Positions 22,219-34,615 of a stretch of 64,000 bases of DNA are shown piece by piece. The stretch covers positions 310,001 through 374,000 of the forward strand of contig MU005961.1 in the NCBI GenBank assembly GCA_010093745.1, in the 5' to 3' direction. The notes beneath the pieces were generated by a model that did not search any database, had not been told where the DNA came from, and saw only the letters and a program-made list of their open reading frames with translations. How positions within the stretch are numbered: the first letter of the stretch is position 1; each line of letters opens with the position of its first letter. The DNA is from Piedraia hortae CBS 480.64 (Eukaryota). A program made the position numbers and the translations under genes.

Positions 22219-23694
22219 ATGGCGCAAACAGCTGATTACCCCTCCAAAAAGGTCCGGCTTTCCATTGATGTCCCTGCTGCCTCTCCAGGACCAACCGTGC
22301 CATCCAAAATCACAGAAAACAAGCCGCTACCGACGAGCACTGTTCCTCAAAGTCTTGACCTTCCAAATGCTTACTACATGTCAGTCGCCGCGAGCGAAGT
22401 GCTGTCGGCTGCAATTCAACGCTCACAGGCGCAGTGGACGGTCAAGGGGATCTTTGAACGGTACTGGACGCGGCCAGAAACCGGCAAGAACGCGCGTCCT
22501 CCACCGGTCAACAACGCCGACCCGCGGTGGATGAAGAGCAAAGGCGAGTGTCGGATTCGCATTGAACCGCACATTTTCAGGTGTGAGATGTTTGTTGAGG
22601 AAAGACCGCCAGGGCCAGCGTATGGGCAAGCCTACAGACCGCCTCCTCAGCCTCTGCCTACTCAGCAGGCGGTTAAACACACTCTGCCAGCTACGGCGCC
22701 CCCAAAACCGGGGTCAGACCCGGTTGTGTGTAGGTTAGCCACCCTTGCATCAGAGGACCGCGTGCTCAAGGACATCATGCGGTTAGTTGCAGCAGGTAAT
22801 GCGACCCCGGACCAACTACGCGCTTTCCAAGGTTACAGAGATCGGGCTAGGAGCCAGATCGATGAAGATCAGAAGCGTATGGCTAATGAAGCAAATGCAA
22901 CTCAGTCGCAAATCTCCAATGCCCCCCCGCAGGCTAATCTGAGTCAAGTCGTTCCGCAAACGCCTGTGCAACAATCCGCCACACCGCTGCAGATGAAATG
23001 GCCAGCTCAGGCGAGTGTTCTCCCCCAACAACAAGCCCAATCGTGGCTGGTAGTACCAAGTGGGCCTCCTCCCGTTATCTTGGGCTTTGACCTGCCCGGT
23101 GCATCAGAAGATCGTTTCCTTTTCCCACAATACAGTATTCTAGAAGCACTTTCGCCCCATCACCTCCTAGCAAGCTTCATTGTCACGCGAAGAGGTTGCC
23201 ACGCAGCGGATCAGACAGGTTTAAACCTGGACCAAGAATACTGGCAGCCAGTGACAATGATGCTGGAGGTCAAGTACGGACTAGAGAAACTCCCCAATTT
23301 TGTCAAACAATGGGTAAAACCGGCAGATGAAGTCAGAAGGCATATGGAGGCAATAATGCAACGATGCGAGAGAGCACCTGATGCGCATTTGACACTGCGA
23401 CTACCTAGAAAATACCCCTCTGCTATTGCCACTGTTGCAGACGAGAGTGGAATTAGTGTAGAAGCCACGCCCACTGCATCGCTTGGCGATAAGTCGAAAA
23501 ATGGACTAGCAGCAAACACTTCGACCAAGAAATCAGCTAAAAAGTCCAAGGCACCAGCGAGGAGAAAATCTACGGCTGCGACTAAGGTCAAAGGGGAAGA
23601 CAGTACTGTTGGGACGGAGAGGGAAGCGCGCCCAAGAAGGGCCGCGAGAAAAAGTGTAAGGATTATAGACGATGCCTACAGTTCTGGGGCATGA
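22219..23694 (+). CDS. SWC3: SWR1 complex subunit Swc3-like
   Basis: GIFERYWT, IRIEPHIF, DPVV..LA..A, DRFLFPQYSILE and YWQPVTM blocks. Start could be 22198 or 22219. Confidence 0.75.
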   Translation: MAQTADYPSKKVRLSIDVPAASPGPTVPSKITENKPLPTSTVPQSLDLPNAYYMSVAASEVLSAAIQRSQAQWTVKGIFERYWTRPETGKNARPPPVNNADPRWMKSKGECRIRIEPHIFRCEMFVEERPPGPAYGQAYRPPPQPLPTQQAVKHTLPATAPPKPGSDPVVCRLATLASEDRVLKDIMRLVAAGNATPDQLRAFQGYRDRARSQIDEDQKRMANEANATQSQISNAPPQANLSQVVPQTPVQQSATPLQMKWPAQASVLPQQQAQSWLVVPSGPPPVILGFDLPGASEDRFLFPQYSILEALSPHHLLASFIVTRRGCHAADQTGLNLDQEYWQPVTMMLEVKYGLEKLPNFVKQWVKPADEVRRHMEAIMQRCERAPDAHLTLRLPRKYPSAIATVADESGISVEATPTASLGDKSKNGLAANTSTKKSAKKSKAPARRKSTAATKVKGEDSTVGTEREARPRRAARKSVRIIDDAYSSGA

Positions 23695-23833
23695 ATAGTG
23701 TGCACATGTGTAGATGACATCACTACTGCTGATCTCAGTGCGGTGGGGCAAAGTCGATCAACCAAAATAGGTTAGCGCATTTTAACCAGAACGATAGTTG
23801 AGGATTCCGCCGACAGGACACATCAAACCCATC

Positions 23834-24237
23834 ATGCTTGCTGCCCGTACTGCCCATCATTTTCTTCGGAGCGCTTTATCTGCTGCACGCGCTACCTATC
23901 CCGCACAACTTGTGAATTTGAGAGCATTATTTACAGTGCAAGCAAAGCGCGCCTTCAGCAGCGTTCTTTCCGCCACTAAACGGAGAACCTCACTCAGTAA
24001 TGGGGCTTGTCAAGTATCTGGAATAACAAGGACCGTCTCAAATAATCTTATGGGTCAGATTCGAGGCATGAAGGTTCGAAGCAGCGTCAAGAAGTTATGC
24101 GACGGGTGCAGAAGCGTCAGACGAAGGAGAAGTAAACGCGTCTACATTATCTGCTCTAAGAACCCAAAACACAAACAGAGGTGGGTGGAACAACCATGTG
24201 GCGTACTGTGCTGACAAGTGGTGACAGGCAAGGTTGA
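23834..24237 (+). CDS. RTC6: Mitochondrial ribosomal protein bL36m; intron 24181-24227
   Basis: Long presequence, then [32 protein letters not shown] after splicing. Confidence 0.93.
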
Positions 24238-24444
24238 TTGCGAAATATGAAGATCTCGAGGCCGAATCAGCCTCGTGTGGGAGTTTCAGACGTAAAGGAG
24301 TCGCTCTCTGTATACCAATGCCTCAATAGATGGTTATTATAATGTACTCTCTTCTTATAAAGCCCTTCGGCACAGCTTCGACGCGTGAGTTGGTGGTTGA
24401 CAGGAGCGGAAATGTTCCGACGCTTGTGATTGGCTGACCCCAAA

Positions 24445-24492
24445 GAATATTCTGGGTGGCCCAAGCTTCTCGTCGAAAGGCAACGAATCTTC
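24445..24492 (+). promoter_or_regulatory. Heat-shock elements upstream of HSP90
   Basis: GAATATTC (24445) and GAATCTTC (24485) match GAAnnTTC, with further GAA/TTC units between them. Confidence 0.65.
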
Positions 24493-24695
24493 CAGCAACT
24501 TCGGCCGTGCGCGCATTTGCTTAAAACCTTTCCGCGCTGCTGACTTTTTTTTCTTCCAAACACAACACGCTCAACACCCCCAACATACCACGCAGCTTCG
24601 GCTCACTTCATACCTGTAACAGACCAGTAAGTTGATTGACTTCATCGACAGGTCCCGCCGCTCCGCCGCTGACACTGACAGGAAATACGACCATC

Positions 24696-26807
24696 ATGTC
24701 GCAGACGTTCGAGTTCCAGGCTGAGATCTCTCAGCTTCTCTCGCTCATCATCAACACCGTCTACAGCAACAAGGAGATCTTCCTGCGAGAGCTGATCTCC
24801 AACGCCTCTGACGCCATTGACAAAATCCGCTATGAGTCGCTCTCAGACCCCAGCAAGCTGGACAGCGGCAAGGACCTCCGCATCGACATCATCCCGAACA
24901 AGGAGGCCAAGACGCTTACCATCCAGGACACTGGTATTGGCATGACCAAGACTGATCTCGTCAACAACCTCGGAACCATTGCCCGCTCCGGCACCAAGCA
25001 GTTCATGGAGGCCCTGACTGCTGGTGCTGACATCAGCATGATCGGCCAGTTCGGTGTCGGTTTCTACTCTGCCTACCTCGTTGCCGACCGCGTCACGGTC
25101 ATCAGCAAGAACAATGACGATGAACAGTACAGGTGGGAGTCGGCTGCTGGTGGCACCTTCACTATCTCGGAGGACCACAGCGAACCGCTCGGCCGTGGTA
25201 CCAAGATCATCCTCCACTTGAAGGACGAGCAGCTCGACTATCTCAACGAAAGCAAAATCAAGGAGGTAGTTAAGAAGCACAGCGAGTTTATCTCTTATCC
25301 AATCTACTTGCACGTTGTCAAGGAGACAGAGAAAGAGGTTCCTGACGAGGATGCCGAGGAAGTCAAGGATGAAGACAGCGCTGAGAAAAAGCCCAAGGTC
25401 GAGGAAGTTGATGATGATGGGGAAGACAAGGAAACCAAGAAAAAGACCAAGAAGGTCAAGGAGACTAAAATTGAGGAGGAGGAGCTCAACAAGACGAAGC
25501 CTATTTGGACGCGTAACCCCCAAGACATCAACCAGGAGGAGTATGCTTCATTCTATAAGACGCTGAGCAACGATTGGGAAGACCATCTTGCCGTCAAGCA
25601 CTTCTCGGTCGAGGGCCAGCTGGAGTTCCGCGCCATCCTCTTTGTGCCCAAGCGTGCGCCGTTTGACCTCTTCGAGACTAAGAAGAAGAAGAACAACATC
25701 AAGCTCTACGTGCGTCGCGTCTTCATCACGGATGATGCCGAGGACCTTGTGCCTGAGTGGCTTTCGTTTATCAAGGGTGTTGTCGACTCGGAGGATCTGC
25801 CGCTTAACCTTTCGCGCGAGACTCTGCAGCAGAACAAGATCATGAAGGTGATCCGCAAGAACATTGTCAAGAAGTCGATTGAGCTGTTCAACGAAATCGC
25901 CGAAGACAAGGAGATGTTTGACAAGTTCTATTCGGCCTTCAGCAAGAACATCAAGTTGGGCATCCACGAGGACAGCCAGAATCGCCAGACGCTTGCCAAG
26001 CTCTTACGCTACAACTCGACCAAGACGGGCTCTGACGAGATGACGTCGCTCCAGGACTATGTCACGCGTATGCCGGAGCACCAGAAGCAGATCTACTTCA
26101 TCACGGGCGAGTCGCTCAAGGCCGTCGAGAAGTCTCCCTTCTTGGATGCACTCAAGGCCAAGAATTTCGAGGTCCTGTTCCTTACTGATCCCATTGACGA
26201 GTACGCCTTTACTCAGCTCAAGGAATTTGATGGCAAGAAGCTCGTCGACATCACTAAGGACTTTGATCTTGAAGAGACGGACGAGGAGAAGAAGCAGCGC
26301 GAAGAAGAGGAAAAAGAGTACGAGCCGCTCGCGAAGAGTTTGAAGAACGTGCTGGGAGACCGCGTTGAGAAGGTCGTTGTCAGCCACAAGCTCGTTGGTG
26401 CTCCTTGCGCCATCAGGACTGGTCAGTTTGGCTGGTCCGCCAACATGGAGCGCATCATGAAGGCTCAGGCGCTGCGCGACAGCTCAATGTCGTCGTACAT
26501 GAGCAGCAAGAAGACGTTCGAGATCTCGCCCAAAAGCCCCATCATCCAGGAGCTCAAGAAGAAGGTTGAAGCTGATGGAGAGAACGACAGCACAGTCAAG
26601 TCAATCACGATGTTACTTTACGAGACGTCGCTCCTGGTGTCTGGCTTCACCATTGACGAGCCGGCTGCGTATGCCGAGCGCATCCACAAGCTGGTTAGTC
26701 TCGGTCTGAACGTCGACGAAGACGCATCGACTACCGAAGAGGCAAGCAAGGAGGATAAGGCGACGGAGGCGGCGACGGGCGATACCTCGATGGAGGAGGT
26801 TGACTAG
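24696..26807 (+). CDS. HSP90: Cytosolic Hsp90; probable 5'UTR intron 24627-24681
   Basis: [47 protein letters not shown] and C-terminal MEEVD. GTAAGT..GCTGAC..CAG lies upstream of the ATG. Confidence 0.99.
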   Translation: MSQTFEFQAEISQLLSLIINTVYSNKEIFLRELISNASDAIDKIRYESLSDPSKLDSGKDLRIDIIPNKEAKTLTIQDTGIGMTKTDLVNNLGTIARSGTKQFMEALTAGADISMIGQFGVGFYSAYLVADRVTVISKNNDDEQYRWESAAGGTFTISEDHSEPLGRGTKIILHLKDEQLDYLNESKIKEVVKKHSEFISYPIYLHVVKETEKEVPDEDAEEVKDEDSAEKKPKVEEVDDDGEDKETKKKTKKVKETKIEEEELNKTKPIWTRNPQDINQEEYASFYKTLSNDWEDHLAVKHFSVEGQLEFRAILFVPKRAPFDLFETKKKKNNIKLYVRRVFITDDAEDLVPEWLSFIKGVVDSEDLPLNLSRETLQQNKIMKVIRKNIVKKSIELFNEIAEDKEMFDKFYSAFSKNIKLGIHEDSQNRQTLAKLLRYNSTKTGSDEMTSLQDYVTRMPEHQKQIYFITGESLKAVEKSPFLDALKAKNFEVLFLTDPIDEYAFTQLKEFDGKKLVDITKDFDLEETDEEKKQREEEEKEYEPLAKSLKNVLGDRVEKVVVSHKLVGAPCAIRTGQFGWSANMERIMKAQALRDSSMSSYMSSKKTFEISPKSPIIQELKKKVEADGENDSTVKSITMLLYETSLLVSGFTIDEPAAYAERIHKLVSLGLNVDEDASTTEEASKEDKATEAATGDTSMEEVD

Positions 26808-27240
26808 ATGATTAGCGAGCATAATGCATGGCCACGGGCGTTTGAAAATTGTAATTGTGATGTCTAGATGTGTTATGTCATGTGTCAAGTATGTGTGCAC
26901 TTTTATCGTTCTGAGTGTTGTCTTAGCAAGCACCAGCATGGAGAATTACGAGAGTCACAAAGGACTAATTGTAGCACATTGTCAAGCTCAGGTACATCTG
27001 CCGATCTTACTGCTTAATATTGCATATCACACGAGGCTGGAGTGCGTCTTTCTTTGTTAATCACGCTGAGCCCCGCCATTACAACATCTCGGTAGACAAC
27101 TCGACTACTGGCAACTCTTAACAGGCGGAGATTTGGTCAAAAACGGAAGTTAGTTTAGCACTTGTATTCCTCGCTGTCAAGGGCACTTGCCACATGGGAA
27201 CGTCTGGACATCAAGATCTTATCTAGGCAGAGTCAGCCCA

Positions 27241-28332
27241 ATGGACAAATTTCTGGAGTCAGGTAACACGTCTGATTCGGATCAGAAGCAACTCCCTCAC
27301 CAAGGTGGCCATGACCGGCACGATAGCACTGTTTTTGTGGATACCACGTGGCTAGCAGCTAGCTCAAATAGAGCTGCGGCTCAGGCGGAGGGCGCGGAGA
27401 GCGTGCGAGCAGGCGATGGCTGCCAGTCAACGAAAGAAAATGACAAGAATTTAGTCCACCGGTGGCCACAGGAACAAAGATGGCAAGCCGGAGGCGTTCC
27501 ATCACAAGGTGTCTTGTCTGTCGGGCAGGAGAGGACAGCTGACGGTGTCATTCTGTCCCCGTTACGGACAGAAGGTGGCACTTCACTGGCACATAAGAAG
27601 CTTCCGTCCATCCACCAGCTCAATGTCGGAATCAATGCGCTGGCCGATGTCGCACTGGCTCAAGATACTCGAACTAACCGCACCCACTCCCTCTCGTCTA
27701 CCACAACTTTCCCATCGACACTATCAAATTGCACCTCACAACAACAGACAACGCAAGAAGCCGGTGATCAGCAAGCATCTCACGCATCGTTTCGTCTTAA
27801 CTACCCTACAACTGCTTACCACTTTACCTACACCTTGCCCGAAGAGAGCAGGCAAGATGAGCCCAGTCTCGGCCCCAACATGGCTGCATCTTCAAGCCTC
27901 ACACAAACATCGACAGGTTATCGATGCCACTGGCCTGGCTGCAATGCCGCTCCTTTCCAATCACAGTACTTGCTAATATCTCATCGAAACGTGCACATGA
28001 CATTCAGACCGCACTACTGTCCGGTCGATGGATGCCCTCACAGCCGTGGCGGGCAGGGTTTCAAGCGCAAAAACGAGATGCTGAGGCATGGCCTCGTACA
28101 CAGCAGCCCAGGCTACGCATGCCCCTTTTGCCCTGGACGAGCTCATCGGTATCCACGACCGGACAATTTACAACGGTGAGTCGAACAAATGTGAAGCAGA
28201 TAACCGCTGATAGACAGGCACGTACGCGTACACCACGTGGATAAAGATCGCGACGATCCAGCACTGCAGGACGTGCTTGCACGGCGAACCGAAGGCCAGG
28301 CTGGAAAGCAGCGACGTCGCAGAAGAGGCTGA
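27241..28332 (+). CDS. C2H2 zinc-finger transcription factor; intron 28176-28217
   Basis: CHWPGC..HRNVH, CPVDGC..FKRKNEMLRHGLVH and CPFC..YPRPDNLQR|HVRVHH after splicing. Confidence 0.92.
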
Positions 28333-28692
28333 TACCAGATATCAGCTAGTCACGTGCGAGGCCAAGAAGTGGGAAGGTGGCGTGCGGGCACTGCGGGGCA
28401 AGCGAAGGATCCTCTCCGAACACCTCAGCCGATGCGTCATTCCATTACTTTTTTAATCATTCTTGGCTGCAGCCTGCATGATCCGCTGAGGGAAGACATG
28501 CCCAACCAACCCCCCACTCCGGTGGCGCCACCTAGATGTATCTAGGCGTCACGCGGTGGAGGAAGCGTACTGCAGCCTGTAGCCGAGGCTTCGTAAACGC
28601 CACTCTGACCATTTTGCTGCGCCGCTTTACTCACTCTTTCTCCTGGAAACCAGTGATGCACTGGTTGAGCCATGTTCTTGTAGCATAGCTAT

Positions 28693-30347
28693 ATGGGAAG
28701 CATGTCTTCGGACATTCACGAAATGGAGGAAGGGTCGAGGCCAAGGCCCTCGCGCCGAATTACCAGCTATCACCATGTCTATACGATGACTTGTTCTGCC
28801 GACAGAGATGAACCTCCATCGTATGTTGTGGCCGCTCGCCAGAAGCCGCCCACAGACGATGGCTCCGTGGTGCGAGAGCTACCCGAGTACACCAGCACGG
28901 TGAATGCCGAGGGCGTGATGCTATATCAGACTGAGTCGGTGAATCCTCTGCACGGAATGACGTGCGGCGAGTGGCGAGAAGTCTATGTCGTCCTTCGGGG
29001 GACGCTGTTAATCCTCTATCGAACAAAAGATGGTCGTCCTATCAAACGGATAAAGGCTTACACGCTGCAACATGCCGAGATTGGCCTGGCCCCAGACAAG
29101 CAACATAGCGTATTAAAGCCGCTGTCTCGCATGGCATCTTTAATTCCCGTCGCTGCGCGGAGAAAGGCTTGGCAGGCCGAACCACATCTCTTTCAAGTTG
29201 CGCGACAACATATTGTTCGCCTGCGGGTAGAAACGAATCAGATCCTGCTGGCGCATTCTTCGGAACAGTTCATACATGATTTCATCCAGGCTCTGAGCTC
29301 TGGTATAGATATTGCTCTACCGATTGACGATCGCAGTGCGCCGAGGCACTTTACGTTGCCACGAAGAAGGAGACGACGACAACCTGATGCGCAAAACCTC
29401 AATGATCCCCAATTGTTGGCTGAACAAGAGCAAATTCTTAGAAACATGTATCCCGCTTTCGCGCGGCCGGATGGCGAGACTGGAGAAGCTCCACGGCTGG
29501 AGAGGGAAGTGGACGAGCTAGACCTTGATACAATGCGGGAGGAGGGTACGCTTCCAATTTAATCGTTCAATGGTGACATTGCTAATTTTCTGCAGCTCAG
29601 CCATGTCGCACCTCTACCAACATAGAAAGCGCAACGCACGAGCCATGTACGCTGACGAGCGAGGAACAAGCTTGTCAAGGGGCATCGGCGCCTGGCGAAG
29701 TAGAGGAAGCTCCCCAAGAGGCTGCTCTTGTGTTGGAAGAGGATATGATCCACTCCACACCGGTATCAAACTTCGATCCAACCACAGGGAAATGGCAGCC
29801 ACCACATCCCCGTACACCAGCCCAACAGCAACGATATATTCGTCGCTGCATGCCAATCTTAACGTGCGATGCGCGCAGAGCCTCTGATGTGTTGATCTCG
29901 CGTGGCCAGAGATGCATCATCAACTGGCAAGAGCGGACTTTGGACCGATGGTGGATGAGCCCACCAGGGTACTGGGGGCACGACTTTGCCGAGCACCTGT
30001 CCGCTGAAGAAAGCGATGCCACGAGCATGCATTTGGATAGGATAGACGAGGAGATCCTCGCCAACGCAGGCGAGGGTGACGTCTCTTCAGTCAACGGCAG
30101 CGCCTCGGGAAGTCCAGTCTCAAGCATGGTCGAAAGCGGGAGCAGCATACTCCGACAAAGCCTTGCCAGCAGCGCAACGGGAACGACCGCCACAGACACC
30201 ACGCACGTCACCCGCGTCGAAAGCCACGATTCCATTCACTTTGACGGAACGAAAAAACCCGATCGGCCGTTTTTCTCCCTCCCGACCGAAAAGGCAAGCG
30301 ATAACCAAGATGCGACTGAGGTTCATGGCGTGTATATATGTTTCTAA
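28693..30347 (+). CDS. PH-domain protein (YHR131C/YNL144C-like); intron 29546-29595
   Basis: LPEY..WREVYVVLRGTLL..YTLQHAEIGLA..VRLRVETNQILL..PIDDRSAPR. The intron joins ORF 28693 in frame to ORF 29730. Confidence 0.85.
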
Positions 30348-31081
30348 TCTTTCGAATTTCCTTGTATAGACGAGCGTTATGATGCAAGCAAGCAATCAAT
30401 CAGTCGTTTTATCTTTGAGGGATGTATACGCCTCTAGGGATTTTTGACGTGAATGGCTGTCATTTTGCCAAGGGTAGGGTTGTCTTGGCAGGGTGTAAAC
30501 GTACAGTCCGGGGCTGAGTCTTGCCTCAGACGGAGGCTCGTAACCGGGTGTCGTAACCGCAGGTCGTAAACTGGAAAATCAGACCAATCGACCTCGGGGA
30601 AGGATCATCTTTCACTAACGAACAGTTCGAACTGCGATTTAGACGAAAAATTCCCCGAAACATCGATAGTGGTACTACCCTCTCCCATCGACTCTCAAAT
30701 GCACTACGAGATATTTACGATTCCGATCCCTAGATATAGACACGGGTAGACAGCGCAGTTGATGGGGTCATTGATGCAGACATGAGCATATCCCGCGAAG
30801 CATCTTCGATAGACGAGGCGAGACCGGTCGGAACATTAGAGTGATTGAACTGCATAACATCAAGCTCGCGGCATCTGAACGGTTGACAGCCGGTTACACT
30901 ACAGTTTAAGAGTGGGTCAAAAACCATTGACATAGACCCACCCATCACGCCACAGCTCAACATCACCTCACAGATCAAAGTAGAACTTGATTGAAAATAC
31001 ACATTAAACAGACATCATGTCCGATAAAGTTTTACTGCGACCCCTATAATGGATCATCTGATGCTTCGGGATGCATTGCAT

Positions 31082-31701
31082 CTACACGACTTGCGGCTGC
31101 ACCGGCTGCGTGGGCTGTGCCATGACGGGCGCGTTGGGATCGCGGATGACGGTTTCGCGGCGGCGGCGGACGAGGAAATGGCCCAGCGCGGCGAAGAGGA
31201 ATGCAGCAAAGGCGAACCACAAGAATGCGTCGGCGGCACGAGCCTCGCGGCAGCGCTTGCGCGAGCCCATGACGATGTAGTTGGTCGCCAGATAGTTCTG
31301 TGCTTAAAGTCAGCATGGTCTGCGGGGACAGAGATGCCAAAGCTCACACTGTTCTTGCAGCTCTTCGCACCAAGCTTAACGGTGAAAGCAATAGCGGCCG
31401 TCAGGAAGAGAAGCGTGTTGAGCACATCCAGGGCGAGCGGAATCATGCGGTGGCCGGCAAATTTCTCCTTGGTCGAGGCCGGGATGAGGTAGAGCAGCGA
31501 CAACAGCGCAAAGGCCGGCACGAAGAGGCAGTAGATGATGAGGCCGCTGCCGTTGGTGCCCCAGCGGTGGACCATGTGGCCGAGGAGGCCGAGTGCGGTG
31601 ACCGAAAAGATGAGCTGCGGCTGTTAGCACCAACCGACGCGAACGATCGCGCTACATACCGCGAGAGCCCTCAGGGGCAGGTGGAGAAGACTACCAAGCA
31701 T
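31082..31701 (-). CDS. NCE102: MARVEL-domain eisosome/MCC protein Nce102-like; introns 31615-31659 and 31298-31347
   Basis: Spliced product LRALA|LIFSVTALGL..LDVLNTLLFLTAAIA..LGAKSCKNS|NYLATNYI..RCREARAADAFLWFAF with four TM helices. Confidence 0.88.
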
Positions 31702-32318
31702 CCTGACCTGATGCGAAGCTGTGGAGTGGAAGTGTGTTTGTAGGAAAAGTCGCGGGGGTGGGTGTAGGAGGAGGGGAGCAGCAAGGGAACGACGGGTAAA
31801 TGAGGGCACTGTTCAATGCACTCTTGTACTCCCGCCCGTGGGTGACGTGATGTGTCACTAGTTGCCTGCACCGCCGCGCCCTGATTGGCTACGCGGATAA
31901 TTCGGCAGCACAGTTGTTCATGAAACGGGAACAAGCGTTTCAGATGGCAAATCCGTGCATGCTCTTGGTCCTGCGAGGGAAGGTTCAGGTAGAGGACATC
32001 TCTCCGACATGATTCCGATTCGTCAACAAATAGCATTAATGCTGGCAATCATTAACGCCTGCCAATTTGACAGAAGCAAGAAATGTGACCAGACACCAGT
32101 CTAGATCTCCGGCCCGGCATTAACCCCCACGGTAAGGTTCAGGTGATCGCTTGACCACATGTACAAGTAGAGTACCAACGCAGTGGTACCCAACAGTCTA
32201 CAGCCGCAGACCGCCTGGGCACCTTGCATGCACAAAGCTGTGAAACAAAAAATCATTGGCCCATTGACCATGCATTATAGACATAGGGATTCACTCATGC
32301 AATAACATTAGGGAACCT

Positions 32319-33971
32319 TCAGTTCTTCTTCTTCCAAGCCTTCACCAGTTGGCCCAATCTCTTCTCCATCAGCTTCCGCCCTTCAAGTTCGTGCCACACG
32401 AGGTGCGGCGCCTTGACCTCATCCCAAGAGATCAAATGATCAGTGATTTTGGTCAAGTCCTCTTGTTTGCGCGCCCATTCGCCATCGCTGCGATCGTGAA
32501 TGGCCGACGAAATGACGACTAACGGTGTATCGGCAGCCTGCAGTTGGATATGTCTCGCGGAAACAACCTCCGATTTGGTCAGACTTTCCGCAGCAAGACT
32601 CTCCTGTAGCTGCGCCTTGACAAACTTGCCACCGAGCCGGTGCTGAGGTCCGTAGACGCGGTCTTCACGCGTGCCGCCGCTGAACAATGCGAGCATGAGG
32701 CGGCGGATGCCAATCGGGGTAAGAACGCCCCATCCCCATAAAGCAAAACCGCGGCTTGGACTGGCCAAACGATGCAGTAGATCCTCGTGCAAAGGATCAA
32801 TGAGCAGCAGACCAGCCACGTCGCGGAAATGGCGTGCACTGAAGATGCGTGAGACAATGCTGCCGTAGCCGGCGCTGGCAAGAATCCAAGGTCCATCTTC
32901 GCCACGAATAGCCAGTGCCTCAGCGAGATTGTCGGCGCTCATCCCGGCGCTGTGGGGAGACGGAGCGTTGTCAGACCAGCCGTAGCCGGGTCGATCCCAG
33001 TAGCAATAGCGATCAATTGTTCCGTTCTTCCAAGCAGAGTAGGCCCAGTATTCAAAGTCGTACTCCAGCGGAGCCTCACCGGCCTCCAGCAGCAGCGTCG
33101 GTGTGCGTCTGCCCTTTGAATCTGTAGTTACATTTCCGACGCAGCCCAAATGGACGTCGTATTTGCCGCCGTCAACAGAGTAACGGTCACCAGTCATTGG
33201 GAGCGTTGCGTCCTGAGTGCGGATGATGAGCGTTCCGGTCATGAGCACGACAATGGCAATGTAAACGGCCAAGATGATGGTTGCGCAGAACACCTTCAAC
33301 CATTCCTGCAGCGTGCGTCTCGTCTCAGCCCTGCCCGTCAAGCGCTCCTCCTCCTCGTGCTTGCCCCAAGTGACTACGCGATCGAGGAGAACGCACCACG
33401 CAGCCATGAGCGTGGCCCAGATGACACTTGCGATCCCCGGTGGTCCTTCCTCATGGCGGATCTTCCGCACCGACACAATGATGATGAGGTCTATGAGCAG
33501 GATGAAAGCAACGATGCCCTGGCAAACGCGCATGGCCATGCTCGGGGCCGAGAAGAACAGAAGCGACACCAGCAACAGACCCATGGTGAGACATGTGTAG
33601 GCAAAGTCGAAGAAGCCGGAGCCGCGCGTATGGAGGCCAGGCGGGGAGACGAAGATGCTGACGAGGAGTATGACCCACCAGACGAAGGTGATTGCGAGGA
33701 ACAGGAGGCTGAGGAAGCGAAGAGCCCTCACGCTCCAGAGGTTGTAAGGGGAGACCTGATTGTCAGCTAAGAGCTAGAACGATGCCGGAGCACTCACAGC
33801 AGGGTCATCGGGATCCAGAAACCCCTCAGGCTGTCTGGGCCGAAGCAAGCGATCACGCTCCGTTGGCTGCCGGTGCTGATCATCGTCCAGCGAACGGCGG
33901 TCAACGGCAGCATCCTCTAGGTCATCCTCGGGCTGGGACGTGTTAGCGTTTGACCCCCACAACGAAGGCAT
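32319..33971 (-). CDS. Integral membrane protein with a C-terminal alpha/beta-hydrolase-like domain; intron 33756-33797
   Basis: FLDPDDPA|VSPYNLWSVR, several TM helices, YCYWDRPGYGWSDNAPSPHSAG. Confidence 0.88.
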
Positions 33972-34112
33972 TTTGACGCAGAGTCAAACGTGTCAGTCGG
34001 TTGTCAAAGCTGGCGGTTGAGGTGGAGCTTGGAGATGATGACATCACCAGAGAGAGAGAGACACGCCACTCCCGCACGGATTAGTGGGGCCCCGCCGCAC
34101 ACGCCCCATGCC

Positions 34113-34598
34113 ATGAATCGAGATGCCAAAGTCCCGCCTTACTGGACGCCCGTCCCATCATTCCTGGACGTCAGCCCGTCGGCTAGTCAAATAACACTGG
34201 TGGACCGTTCGTCGCTGTCCAACACCCACAGTCAATCATGCTGGGCCCAGTCCGTCACCATTCCCAAATTCACAATCGTGTCTTCATCGATACCTGATCC
34301 TGCGAACCTGGCTGGTGCATATGTAGTCTTCCACATAAACATCACCTTGCTGAATTCAAACGGCGTGCTGAGCATACAGAAGCGGTATTCGGACTTTGAC
34401 CGGCTCCGAAGACATCTTGTGATGGCCTTTCCACATGCGGAAAACATGATCCCCATGCTGCCTCGAAAGAGCCTTGTGAGCCGCTTCAGGCCGGTTTTTC
34501 TGGAGCAAAGAAGGCTTGGCTTGAACCATTTCTTGAACTGCGTTTTGCTTAATCCCGAGTTCGCGGCGAGCCCGGTGCTAAAGGAGTTTGTCTTTTGA
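34113..34598 (+). CDS. YPT35: PX-domain protein, Ypt35-like
   Basis: AYVVF.I..KRYSDFDRLR..L..FP..IPMLPRKS..FLEQRRLGL.HFLNCVLLNPEF. Start could also be about 34035. Confidence 0.8.
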   Translation: MNRDAKVPPYWTPVPSFLDVSPSASQITLVDRSSLSNTHSQSCWAQSVTIPKFTIVSSSIPDPANLAGAYVVFHINITLLNSNGVLSIQKRYSDFDRLRRHLVMAFPHAENMIPMLPRKSLVSRFRPVFLEQRRLGLNHFLNCVLLNPEFAASPVLKEFVF

Positions 34599-34615
34599 TC
34601 AACTGTACAATTACA

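Noticed and set aside
30598..30609. GGAAGGATCAT resembling the 18S rRNA 3' end
   Set aside because: Short match with no flanking rRNA similarity.
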